A DNA stretch of 64,000 nt from Lingula anatina (Eukaryota > Animalia > Brachiopoda): positions 23,250,001-23,314,000 of the forward strand of contig CM120642.1 in NCBI GenBank assembly GCA_051362555.1, written 5' to 3'. Position numbers and translations under genes: made by a program. Positions 52,681 to 64,000 of the stretch are shown in pieces. The notes under the pieces were generated by a model. That model had not been told where the DNA came from. It worked only from the letters and a program-made list of their open reading frames with translations, and searched no databases. Positions within the stretch are counted from its first letter, which is position 1. Each line of letters begins with the position of its first letter.

Positions 52681-55600
52681 ATGCATGGTTCAAGTGCTAT
52701 TTCAGTAGATGATTCCCAGTTTTACACTCATGTAAAGCTTGAGGTTGACTCTGACACAAAATACCCTCCACATGATACAGGGAAACATAGGAAGAAAAGG
52801 AAGAAAAGGAAGAAAAAGGACAATGATGGGGATGAAAGTAGAAATGTGTCTGTTCTTCAAGAGATCATATATGAAAAAGGGAAAAAAAGAAGGCGCCAAG
52901 AGAAGGCGACAGAAACTGAGAAAGATCCAGAGACCTCACAAGATTTAATTATGAAAAGGAAAAAGGAACATAAGTGGAATGTTGTGCCAGAAATGCAATG
53001 TGCTTGTGATTCACCTTCAACTGTTATGGATAGTTTGCCTTCTGCTGCTAGCACAAAATATCCGACACATGACGCAGGGAAACATAAGAAGAAAAAAAAG
53101 AAGAAGAAGAAGGATAATGATTGTGATGAAAGTATAAATGTTTCTGTTATTGGAGAGAGCATAGATCAAAAAGGGGAAAAAAGAAGGAGCCAAGAGAAGG
53201 CGACAGAAACTGAGAAAGATCCAGAGCCCTCACAAGATTTTGTTATAAAAAGAGAAAGGGAACTGCAACATAATTGGAATGATGTGCCAGAAATGCAATA
53301 TACTTGTGATTCAACTTCAACTGTTATGGATAGTCTGCATTCTGCTGCTGACACAAAATATCCGACAAATGACACAGGGAAACATAAGAAGAAAAAGAAG
53401 AAGAAGAAGAAGAAGAAGGATAATGATGGGGATGAAAGTAGAAATGTTTCTGTTATTCAAGAGATCATCGATCAGAAAAGGAAAAAAAGAAGGCACCAAG
53501 AGAAGGACACACAAACTGAGAAAGATATAGAGGCCTCACAAGATTTTGTTAAAAATAATTGGAATGATGTGCCAGGAATGCAATATACTTGTTATGTACC
53601 TACAACTGTTATGGATAGTTTGCATTCTGCTTCTCAAAGTAGGGCAAATGAAAAAGACTGTTTAAAAGCAGCTGTTTGTAACTCTTCTCAGGGGCTTACT
53701 GGAGTAAAGAAACACAAGAAAAAGAAAAAAGTTGAAACTTCATCTGATACAATTTTTAATGGTCATAACTTGATGAGTTTGAATGTTGTAAAAAATAAAA
53801 ATTCATCCCCACAAAGTGTTTTTCAAACAGAACACTGTCCCACTGTTCAAGAGGAACAACCAGACACCTCCAAGAAACAAAAGTACAAGAAAAACAAAAA
53901 GGTTCAGGGATCCAGCTTAACTGAAATACCTGAAAGTTCTGCAGTGATATTGAATTATGGCATAGGTGAAAATGGAGCTGATAGTGCTGACATGCTTAAT
54001 CCAGAAGGTGAAATTTGTGAAATGCCAACTAAGGGTAAAAAAATCAAGAGAAAGAATCATTTGCCATCTAATTCAGATTTGGACAACTGTGCAAGGCCAT
54101 CTTTGAATATTAGAGAGCAGAATGACACCAGTGTTTTTGTTCAGTTGGACTCTGAACACAACTGCAGAGAGGAAAGTGTTAAGGATGGAAAGAAGAAAAA
54201 AGAAAAACAGGGGATCAAAGGAATAGGTGAAAAAGCCACCACTTGATTTAATGGTTTAGATGAAAGTTTTAAAAGTAATCAGTTACATTACTCTAGACGG
54301 GTAAAACGAGCTCTATGACTGGGTTTCCATATACCAAGATGAATCTTACAGGATTGATAAATCTCTTAGGAGTTTCTCTTTAAATTGCTTTCAGCTTATA
54401 CGGCTTAGATGTCTAGCACACCTACTTAAGCTGCTAAACGATTTTTAATTACCCCCTGGCAGCTTCAGTAGGCGTGTCAGACATCTAAGCCACTTAAGCT
54501 GAAAGCTATTTAGTGAGAAGATGTTTGCAATTAAGCAAGAATCCCCTCAGAGATGGATCGATTCACAGTTTGTACGATAGGGTCTGGGAATGGTCAATAT
54601 TTATAATCAGTTTATTAGGACAACTTTGGTTACCATAAATATGCTGGATATCTTTTACCTCAGCCATTTCATTTGTAATTGCCTCAGAATGGTTAACTGC
54701 CAATTGAACTGTTGGGTCAAGCAATTGTACAAGTTTCATTTTAATGAATATAGTTATTGTATTGTATGTGCCAAAAACAGATCTGTGCTTTCATTAATTG
54801 CTAATTTTACGCATAATTTATAAGCATTATTATTTCATCAAGTGTTGATGGGTTGGTGGTGGGGGAGAGATTTTTTTTTCTCGTTATATAGGGAGGGGGG
54901 GTCACTTACATATACTTGAAAAGAGCTTTTGATTCTGAATGTTACTATTGCAGATGACAGTGAGGAGAGTGGTGGCCATAATTACCCGGAAGGTTTATAT
55001 CCAGTTCACATTGTTGAGTCAAGGGCTCATGCAGCCAGCAAAGTGGTTGAGGATGAATTAAGGGCAAAAGGTGTCTCTACTTTTACCTTGTCTTTAGATT
55101 ATTTTTGGTAGACATTTTGTGTGAAAGATCTTTGCAACAAGTAACACATCACTTATGAACTTGTAAATGTAAAATTAAGTTTATCGCCATTTAAATGTTT
55201 GATTATTGATTTTGCTTTGCAGGAGTCGAAGTCCTTAGGGGAAAATGGAACAAACGGGAAGAATCAATTCTGAGGAGAAATGTGCTCCGATTTGCAAAGG
55301 TGAGCTTTCTCTCTCTCTCTCTCTGTTGATTTTTAAAGAAACTTATGCAGGTCTGTACATTTGAGAGCTTTTTTAACCTTATTCTATTTTCATTGGTACA
55401 AGAATTCTTACAAGCTCTTTTATCTTAAAATCCCAGGATTTTGATATTGAAGATCCCAGTGACATGTTTACTTTGCTACATAAATCAGAGGATAAGAAGA
55501 TTGAGCTCAGACGAATAATGAAACAAAATGACTTCAATCACCGCTTGGGTATGGAGCTTTTTTAAAAAATTTTATCCCTTGAGTGACTAAGCATATTGAG

Positions 55601-57318
55601 TGATCTTAAAACTTAACATGAGTCTATCTCGAATTAAGAAATGTTCTGTCTGTAGAATAAAATATTAGTAAATTGACTTTAAAAAAGGTGGAATAACTGT
55701 AAGATCACATTGCTTTGAAGTTTTTATTTTGAAAAATGCCTTTTTGATATTTATTATCTTCATTATATATTTATTTTATAACATACTTTGCATTTGGCTT
55801 TTCCGTGTTTTACTTTGATTATTGTGTTTTTCTTTGAAATGTATGTTTTTTCCCTCTGGTTACAGTGGATGGCATAAATCGTTCTATCTTCTGCTGTTAT
55901 AGCAAAGCAAGAAAACTGTTTCATGGGTTGAATATGGGACCGTAAGTATTTGGCAATGAGTTTAAGAAGATAAAATATGAAAAATTTTAACTGGCTTTAA
56001 AACATTTAAGAGACCATTATATGCATGTGGCTGGGAGCATTTTTTTGCTCAACCCTGGATTGATTTTTTTCTAATTGAAAATAAATATGCATAAGGTTGA
56101 ACCTATAAAACCTGACCTAATGCCACTATATAGTTTCAAACATCATAACTTAAAGATATACCAAAGGGCATCATTTCCTATTTCCTATTTTCTTAAAAAG
56201 TAAAATGGGTGTTTTCTGCTTTCTTTCTGATATGCTAGCTATAAACCTCAGTCATTAATGGCAACTCATTTGAATTACTGCACCCAAGCAGTAATGTACC
56301 ATATATTACCAAGTCAATTGGCAGACATATACGAACTGGAAGGATGGATGAGTAGGTCAGATTATGCCCAGAGATTTGAAGGAGGTGCAGTCTTAAAGCT
56401 CTTTTATGGCTGATTGTGTGATTAATTTGGTTTACCCCTTGCTTGTCAACTTTATTCGAGTCTTATAAGAAAGCAGTAGAAATGGTTAAAATTTATCATA
56501 GGGAATCCATGCCCATTTCATATGTAACTTTAAAAGGACAAAGTGTAAGATTTTATAAACACATTTTAATGTCATTTTTTTACTTGAAATCATAAAAACT
56601 GTTAAATTTGTCTACAGACAAATATTGTTTGATTGTTTTAAACAGATAAATACAATAAATTAATATTGACAAAAATAATTTTATCACTTCCTGATGAACC
56701 TTGCTCCCTGTCAATCATCTTGAAATAGTTTCGAATCATGTGCAACCTGCAGGTCTGTTTTTTGAATGGATTAAGAACTTCAAAAATCCCATGCTTAAGC
56801 ATGGGTTACTGATTTTCTAATTGTCACAGATTGTTAATGAGTTACTGTGAGTCTCAGGAAAGAAGGATCAAAGGTTTGGAGAATAATACCTTTTACCTGA
56901 GGAATTCATTTAGCATGAGTCTTCCATGGGAAAATCTTACACTGTACACCTTTAACAAGTAATTATAAAAAACTGACTATGACAAATAAAGCCTGAATTT
57001 ATTTGACACAAGAATGTGTACAGGTTGCAGAGTTTGAGCAAGTGGATTGATCAAAAATTAGCATTGCTAATAGGGGTTATTAGATTATGAATGGTTATGC
57101 CTATACAGGTGAAAACTCACTGATTTACCTGTGCTCACCATTACCAGGGGTGTATCATTATTATTATATTATCTTTACACCTATCTCCTGGATCTGTCAG
57201 TCAGATTGATAAGTAAAACTTAAATTGAAATGTCAGAGTTCTGTTTTGTGATCAATTTAGTCCCTTCCCAAACTGGAAAAGCACAGTCAAGTATTTAAGA
57301 CATGACACAGTTATGGTG

Positions 57319-57350
<32 letters not shown>

Positions 57351-60300
57351 GACAGGTTTTCTGATGAGGAAGTCAAACAGCTGCAGAAGCTGCAATATGA
57401 ATACGGCAACAAGTGGGTGAAGATTGGTATGCTGATGGGAAGGAGTCCAGAAAATGTGCATACAAAGTGGAAGCAACTTCGGGAGAGAAGTGAAAAAGAG
57501 GGTAATTTTTTTTTATTCAAAATTAAAAGAAAAGATGTAGGGCTACATGTACCTGTTTGACTGTGGTAAGAGTCCCTTCTGTAGAAAACCAAAAACTGAA
57601 TTTATATAGCTGATTGCTGACAGTGTTTCCTCGAGGATGCCAGGTTTTTCAGATTTGGTGGAATTTAAACGTGTCAAAACACTTGCTGGAATGGTTCAAT
57701 TAATTGTCGAACACATAATTTTTAGACATACAGTCGAATACCCAATCTAATGTTTGTTCAACTGTTGTATAACTGTTGTATCATCTGAATATGCCATGTT
57801 TGAAGAATTTAAACATTTGAATTGGATTGTGAGGTTGTTCATTATGACAATAGATTGCAGTGAATAAACTTTGAGATCACAAAAATTAAAAAGATCTGCA
57901 AAATGCATTTTGATATTGGGCATAAAGGAAAAGTATCAGAAGTACAAAGTATGTACATTTCCTGGAATATTTTGTATTGATAACTATAGATTACTGTCAT
58001 GGTTATTAGTACCACCAGTGTGTACGCTGGCGGTACTCATGGCTTTAGTCCCGACCCGCCTCATATGGCTCCGTTGGCTCTGCAGGGTGTCGTGGGATAC
58101 AAGTCACCGTTACCCCTTCTCCTCCTAGACTGCAAGGACCTGTGTGCCCATCTCTTGGATTTAGATCACATATAATCTCAACTTGAACTCCCTGGTATTT
58201 TTGTCTCAGTTGGTGCATTGGCCTGGGCGTGACACTGGTTCAAACGCACCCTTGTCAAAATTTTTGAAAATTCAATGCTAAATATCTCCCAAACCAAAGG
58301 AATTATGGGAAAATTTATTACGGAAGTCTGACTGAAAGTCATATGTGGAGATTCCTAATATGCCCTTGGATTTGACTTTCGACCTTTATTTCAAGGTCAA
58401 ACGAGCCAAAATTTTCTAAAAATGGGAATTTTTTGCGGAATTGTTTTTTCTGCTGATTTTCAGAAACCACACAGATATAACATATAATATTATGGGCAGG
58501 TGTTACCCTTAGGGTCATCTTTCATCTTCTTGACTTTGGGGTCAATCGGTGCATTTCCACTCGAGTAGCAGCCATTAGATCACAAAACTGAAACTCTCTC
58601 TAATTCTCAAACTGTTATTGCTATAGACCACTTGTTTTATGCGTTTTGTAGAGCTTGTCAAGCCCAACACTGAGGGTAATGTCCATAATTTTTGTTTTTG
58701 ATACGGCTTAGGCATTGCACTATATCAAAGAGTTCAACATCCGATATTCAGTAGGGAAAATAAAATGTGAAATACTCCAAAATTAGCAGACATACACCCA
58801 TAGTTACTATTGAACTTGAATAGGAAGTCATATACTAGTAATCAAACTGTGACCTTGAAATTGACCTTTGACCTAATTTTTACCATGAACTGAACTTTGC
58901 AAATTTTCTATCCCTTATATCTCGAAAACTGGCAGAGATACACCCAAAGCTACTGTTGAACTTGAATAGGAAGCCATATATTGGCAATCTAATTGTGACC
59001 TTGAAATTGACCTTTAACCTACTTTTTATGATGAACTGCACTTTGCATGTTTTCTGGCCTTTATATATTATCTCCAAAATAGGCAGAGAAATGCCCATGG
59101 TTACTATTGAACATGTATAGGAAGTCATATACTGTGACCTTGAAATTGACCTTTGACCTACTTTTCCACCATGAACTGCACTTTGCATATTTTCTAGCCC
59201 CTCATATCTTCAAAATTAGCAGAGATATACCCAGTGTTGCCCCTAGGTTTTCTCTTTTGTCAGCATATATGCAACATTGATAAGGCATTTCAAAGAAAAC
59301 CAATAGGCCTATTGTCTAGAAAATCACAGGAGTGATCAATGTTAGGAAAGTACAGGTCAGTTAACCAGCATGAATCTGCATGATTTTAGTTATGGTTATT
59401 TTTAATTTTTTTTTTTTTTTTTTTGCATAACTTGAGGCATCTTGATTGCATTTTATAGAGCTTATCAAGCACAAGACTGGTGATGGTGTCCCTTTTTTTG
59501 GGTGGTTTTCCATACGATTACGCTTACCCCAGCTGGTGGTACAATGTCCAGAGGCAGTAGCGCCTCTCTGATCCTCTAGGTAATTAATATAAATAATGAC
59601 CTATTTCCTTCTAGTAATAAAGTCTGGGAAATGGACAAAAGAGGAAATTCGGAACTTAAGACATGGGGTGGTGTATTTGACTGGTTGCAAGGACCTGGCC
59701 AGCCTCTCAAGCCAACTGCCCTGGAGGGAAATCGCCCACTTTGTCCCTACAAGAACTGCATCACAGTGCAGAAACCAGTGGTAAGGTCCCCTCCCAGGCT
59801 GGGGTGGATATGACTTTTCTGCTGTTTCAAATATACTTACCCCTGTAGATTCACAGTCACACACATACACCCTCACACACACACACACACACTGACAATA
59901 CAAATTCATGACAAATCATTATTACTAGAATACTAATAACAAAATAAACAGTAACTGTAGTCATGTAAAAGCTGTCAGTTAAGTCTGACTGTAACACGGT
60001 TAGGAACCAGGTCTGTGATATGTGGTGCAGTGCTGGGTGCAGGGCAGACACTGGTCAAGTTGAACAAGAAAGGCAGTCCTTGATATCTGGTAAAGGAGGT
60101 CAAATGTGGCGATATGGACAAGACATTTAGTAGCGCTAGAGAGCTCCTGTATTGGCTGCCAAGTGGTAGGCCTGCACCCTGCCATGCCATGTGGGTGGTG
60201 GATATTTTTTTACCTGGTTTTGAATTAAATTTACCTACATACATGTAGCTTCAAAAGTCTAGGTAAAAATAGACATAAAAAGTCATTCCTGATAACTGAG

Positions 60301-62001
60301 ACCATACCTTTTTGCACATGAACTATACTTATCATATGACATGGACTGTAGGGCAGTGTAATTTTCTTGAATCATCTGATCCTATCTTAGGTGTTGAGAG
60401 TAGATCTTTGACTGACTTGTAATATGATGGCTTTTGTTTTTTATGGGAGGGGGGATATTTTAGAGATGTGCAGGTATAATGCTGAATATGTGCATTTGAC
60501 ACTTAAAAAGTACTCAAAAGTAATTTTTTTAGTCTTATAAATGTCTACGTGGCAGATATAAAAATAAAGTTTCCTCATATTTCAAGATTTTTTTATTAAC
60601 TTGTTTTAACTTTGATAGTTATATTGTTTCAGGTTGAACCATGATTGCAGTACAGATTTTCCTGCTGATAATGCCATGCATCAATTTGAGAAAAAGCATG
60701 CGACTAGTTTGGTTAATTGGTAGGGATTGTTATATAGTTCCTTTTATTCTATTATGTAATTGAAATTAAGGACCACATTAGATTTGATCAACTGAAAATG
60801 AAGCTGGTGAATGAAACTCAATGTTTGATTGGTTAAAGATTTAAGGTCAGGATTGGAAGTGATATCATTTACTGTTCATTTGACTAAACATTTTTATTTT
60901 GGATCATTTTTTATTTTCATAGAGAATTCATAGATATACATATATTTGTATTTTTTTAGCCTTTATGAACTTAATGTTGTCTGTGAAGCAGATGTGAATT
61001 GGAAGAGTCTTGTGGAGAAGTTTCCTGGGTAAGGCTGTATTCCCAGAGCTTTTAGATCGATCTATCCCCGCGGGGAGTCTCACTAGATTACTGTCAGATA
61101 ATCCGGCTTAAATGTCCGTCCCGCCTACTACACGCTGTAAGGGGGTAATTAACTTTCGTGTCCGCTCGGCTGACAGCTATTTAGCGTGAACCCCCAGGGA
61201 GTTAGGTCGATCTAAAGTAGATCGACCTAATCTCTGGAAATGGGGTCTAAGTGTTTGAACCACATAGAATAGAAATGTAATTTGTCAATGTTGAAGGCAG
61301 ACATAGGAGTAGGGTTTGTAATACTTAGCTTATATTTGCTAATTCGGGATGTTTTTCCTAACTCATTTGATAGATTGAGAATTCTGGATTGAAGTTCATT
61401 GTAAATGGTATAATTGTTTTTTTTTTTTAATGAATAAAAGTGATATTTACTCCCTTCATTTTATTATTACAATTATGAAAATGTACTTTTTAAATATTTT
61501 AAATCACAAGGAGATTGTTTTTTAAATTGGTTGTAGCATTCCATCTGAACAAGTACTTCGTCGGAAGTGGTTTTACATGAAGTCAAAGGTTTCCAATTAC
61601 CAGTACTTGTCCTTCAGAGGTAAAACCATTGTGCACTTGATTCTGAACAGAATTTATTTTCTTGTGTCTGTCAGATTTTTAATTCTTCATTTTAATCCCT
61701 TAAAACCTGTGGACGGAATGATTCTTCTAACTGTTGGAAAATTTTCTACTGCATTGTCTACTATTTAATTGGCATATTGGGTAACTTTAAAAAAATTATT
61801 ATTTTTATTATTTATTTTTTTGTGTAAAAGGAGTTAATTATGTAATAAATAATGTAATACTTGACAACTACCGGTATATTCTTATTTGAGAACATATATG
61901 TCTTGAAAATAAATGTTACTTACCCGGCCGTCATTGTTTTATTTTCAGAAATTTTGGAAAAATTTCGCCAGAAATATTGCAAGGTGAAGAGAGAGAAATA
62001 G
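52681..62001 (+). CDS. TTF1: Transcription termination factor 1-like Myb/SANT protein (TTF1/Reb1/DMTF1 family), ~843 aa; exons 52681-54226, 54954-55070, 55223-55299, 55437-55548, 55866-55941, 57356-57501, 59615-59780, 60633-60719, 60960-61028, 61537-61619, 61949-62001
   Basis: All introns are GT-AG and phase-compatible. Translated segments GVEVLRGKWNKREESILRRNV, FSDEEVKQLQKLQYEYGNKWVKIGMLMGRS, GKWTKEEIRNL...LPWREIAHFVPTRTASQCRNQW, LYELNVVCEADVNWKSL and LRRKWFYMKSKVSNYQYLSFREIL follow, from memory, the order of motifs in the TTF1 C-terminal DNA-binding region. Long Lys-rich N-terminus in one large exon, as in vertebrate TTF1. Confidence 0.85.
52753..53634 (+). repeat. Three coding tandem repeats of ~300 bp (~99 aa) in the TTF1-like N-terminus
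   Basis: TKYPxxDxGKHxKKxKK...DNDxDES...EKxTxTEKD...WNxVPxMQ...TVMDSL units start at ~52753, 53050 and 53350. Confidence 0.9.
54340..54592. mobile_element. Diverged copy of the palindromic MITE at 1613-1875 (TTF1 intron)
   Basis: Shares CGGCTTAGATGTCT.GCACACCTACT, TAATTACCCCCT and GTAGGCGTG.C.GACATC. Confidence 0.75.
58003..59235. mobile_element. Helentron/HINE-like non-autonomous element region with internal ~146-150 bp tandem repeats
   Basis: TTATTAG followed by the hairpin AGTACCACCAGTGT-GT-ACGCTGGCGGTACT (~58008-58037). Three tandem units containing GTGACCTTGAAATTGACCTTT at ~58785-59217. Whether both parts belong to one element is uncertain. Confidence 0.5.
61033..61247. mobile_element. 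Tourist/Harbinger-like MITE with TAA TSD, inserted in a splice donor
   Basis: Ends GGCTGTATTCCCAGAG / CTCTGGAAATGGGGTC. TAA at 61030-61032 and 61248-61250. Interior GGGGGTAATTAAC is the reverse complement of the 1613-1875 family core. Confidence 0.75.
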
Positions 62002-62949
62002 ATTTTCCGTCTATGATCAAATTTCACTATGGAGAGTTTACAAGATAATTTACATGTACCAGTAAAGGAACTATTACATAAGAAGCAAATGATGAATGAG
62101 AAAATGATGAGAAAGCTCGAACTAATGAATCAGTTTTGTATGGAGTCAGTATTCAGTGTATTATCTCCTAGTACTGAAAAAAAAGCAGCTTAGGCCTTGA
62201 AAAGGAAATTAAAGAATTAGTCTACATTTAATTCTTCGAGTTAAAATGAATGTATCATGAAAGATTTCTGTGCAACAAACTATGGATTTTTAGGTCAGGG
62301 AATGAGTACATTGCTACAATGTAGACCACATTGAGTTTTCCTTTTGTAATAAGTTACAGTAAAAGGTTTTGAATGTTTTTTAATGCACAAAATGATGTAA
62401 ATGTCTAAGATACATGTATTTTCATACTTATAAAACCCCTGTCGAATACAATATTAACTGAAAGTTCTTGGTTGCAAAAGCATCATGTAAAGTAATTAAG
62501 TTAAACTTTAAAATAAACTTTTTTTTAAATGTGAACGAATTTCTTTTTTCATCCAAATTATTTTTTAAAAAATCCTGGGTTTTTAGCTGTAAATTTACCA
62601 TGTCCACGCTGATTACAATCCAGCGCACACATTCGCACTTGAAGTGAACGTGTCGGTTGCGCTGGTAAAACGATCTTCTAACAAAAGTGTGTTAGATGAG
62701 TCGTTCACCCATTTTACGCTCAATTGAGGATGTATCGGCACATGTTAATGCCCAAAACAATTGAAAGGACTCGTGAAGTAAGAAAACATTCCTACATGAC
62801 GACAAGATAATATTATTTTCAACTGAAACAAACACCACGTGTACATATTTTTTTTTATTCGGGAAGTTCAAAGGTCTGACGCGTTTCCAATCCATATTTC
62901 ATAGGCACCCACCTTGAGCGTAAACACAAACTTGGTCGTCATCGACAAA

Positions 62950-63293
62950 AAAGGCAGGACGATCATCAATGCACTCAAACTGTAGATCTGTGTTAGCAGC
63001 ACAGTACAGTACGCCTGCTTTATCGACTTAGTGGCTAAACGATAGCAGGGAATACTTTGGCATGATGTTCATTCATGGGCCGACTGGGGGAAAGTGAAGA
63101 GAAATAAAACTCTCAAGTCGCGAGACAGTAGCCCAAGAAGGAGATATCGGCTGCAACAGTAGAAAAGGCGAGGGAAGCGAACGCAGTCGGGACACGAAGT
63201 CTCAAAAGATTTGTCTGAAACTATCCACGAGCGACTATATTAAATAGAAGACAAGCATCAGAGCCCAAGGAAGAACTTTTTTGGTATAAACAG
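62950..63293 (+). other. Probable promoter and first exon of the next gene
   Basis: CpG-richer patch ending in a donor-like CAG|GTATGA at 63293. No ORF identifiable in the window. Confidence 0.3.
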
Positions 63294-64000
63294 GTATGAC
63301 TGGTATGCACTGTAGGCCCTATTACACTTAATTACAGTGAAGATGTTGGGAGGCAGTGAGATGGGGGGGGGGGGGGGGGGGGGGCGTGATGGTGAGATAT
63401 CCAGTTTGCGGTTCATCAGGTATATCATAGAATGGTAACATAAGATATATATGCATTACATAGACATTGCCACATACTTCTAACTTCTGAAAATTAAGCC
63501 ATGACTAAAATATAAATTGGAATAACAATCTAGTAATATTTTTTGTGGAGTTGGGACTTTGATTTATTTCATTTGTTTTCACGCATGCCAGGTGAATGTG
63601 ATCAAGGCACTTAAATTCTTCATTAATTTAAGGCTTATTGAATAGCTGTATGAGACAGTGTGGCCTTTTCAAGAAACTAGCACCTTTAATAAATGAAACA
63701 GCTAAGTGAATGCTTTGACCTTCTGAAAAAGCTGCGATATAATGAAACTACGGTAGATGCTGGATAGTATATATGTGCATACTAGTACTCTAGTAGTCAG
63801 AGCTCTTTTGTATTGAAAGCATGACAATCTAGCACAAAATAATACTACTGAGTGGAAGGTCAAATAGCAGCTTATGAAAGCTCATCAGTCAGCTTGAAGA
63901 AACCATCCTTGAAGTTGTAACTTGTTATAAATTTCTTTTTTAATACCCTGTATATATGTAAGTTACACTTATGAGACTTTTCTGACTTTTGTCGGAATTC

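Noticed and set aside
52642-54246. Stand-alone 534-aa Lys-rich protein
   Set aside because: It is one large exon. A phase-1 donor at 54226/54227 joins in frame to the downstream Myb-domain exons.
59990-60210. GC-richer intronic patch as a possible SINE or snoRNA
   Set aside because: No clear A/B boxes, C/D or H/ACA boxes, and no second copy in the window.
41505-62001. Functional link between the TTF1-like gene and the neighbouring tandem arrays
   Set aside because: Adjacency only. I see no recognisable Sal-box/Reb1-type site in the monomer, and the binding site in this lineage is unknown.

Overview
AT-rich eukaryotic (invertebrate, mollusc/lophotrochozoan-like) genomic DNA. About 2-50 kb is a head-to-tail cluster of four paralogous three-exon genes on the + strand. 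Each encodes a ~645-aa cell-surface glycoprotein: signal peptide, Thr-rich stalk, somatomedin-B-like Cys motif, Cys-rich region like the ectodomain of invertebrate Methuselah-like/adhesion GPCRs, a possible SEA-like domain, and a GPI-type hydrophobic tail instead of a 7TM. Each gene lies downstream of an array of the same ~590-bp tandem repeat, at different copy number (degenerate, ~5, ~7, ~4), and most monomers carry a PBX/MEIS + Pax-like composite motif. The paralogs are mosaics with variable loops, and copies 3 and 4 come from a very recent ~10-12 kb duplication. Intron 1 of copy 1 holds nested transposons (Ginger-like shell containing hAT-like MITEs and a Tc1 DD34E element). About 51-62 kb is a TTF1-like Myb-domain gene with 11 coding exons and a triplicated Lys-rich N-terminal repeat. 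All gene models were built by hand from splice sites and frame continuity; no database searches were run.
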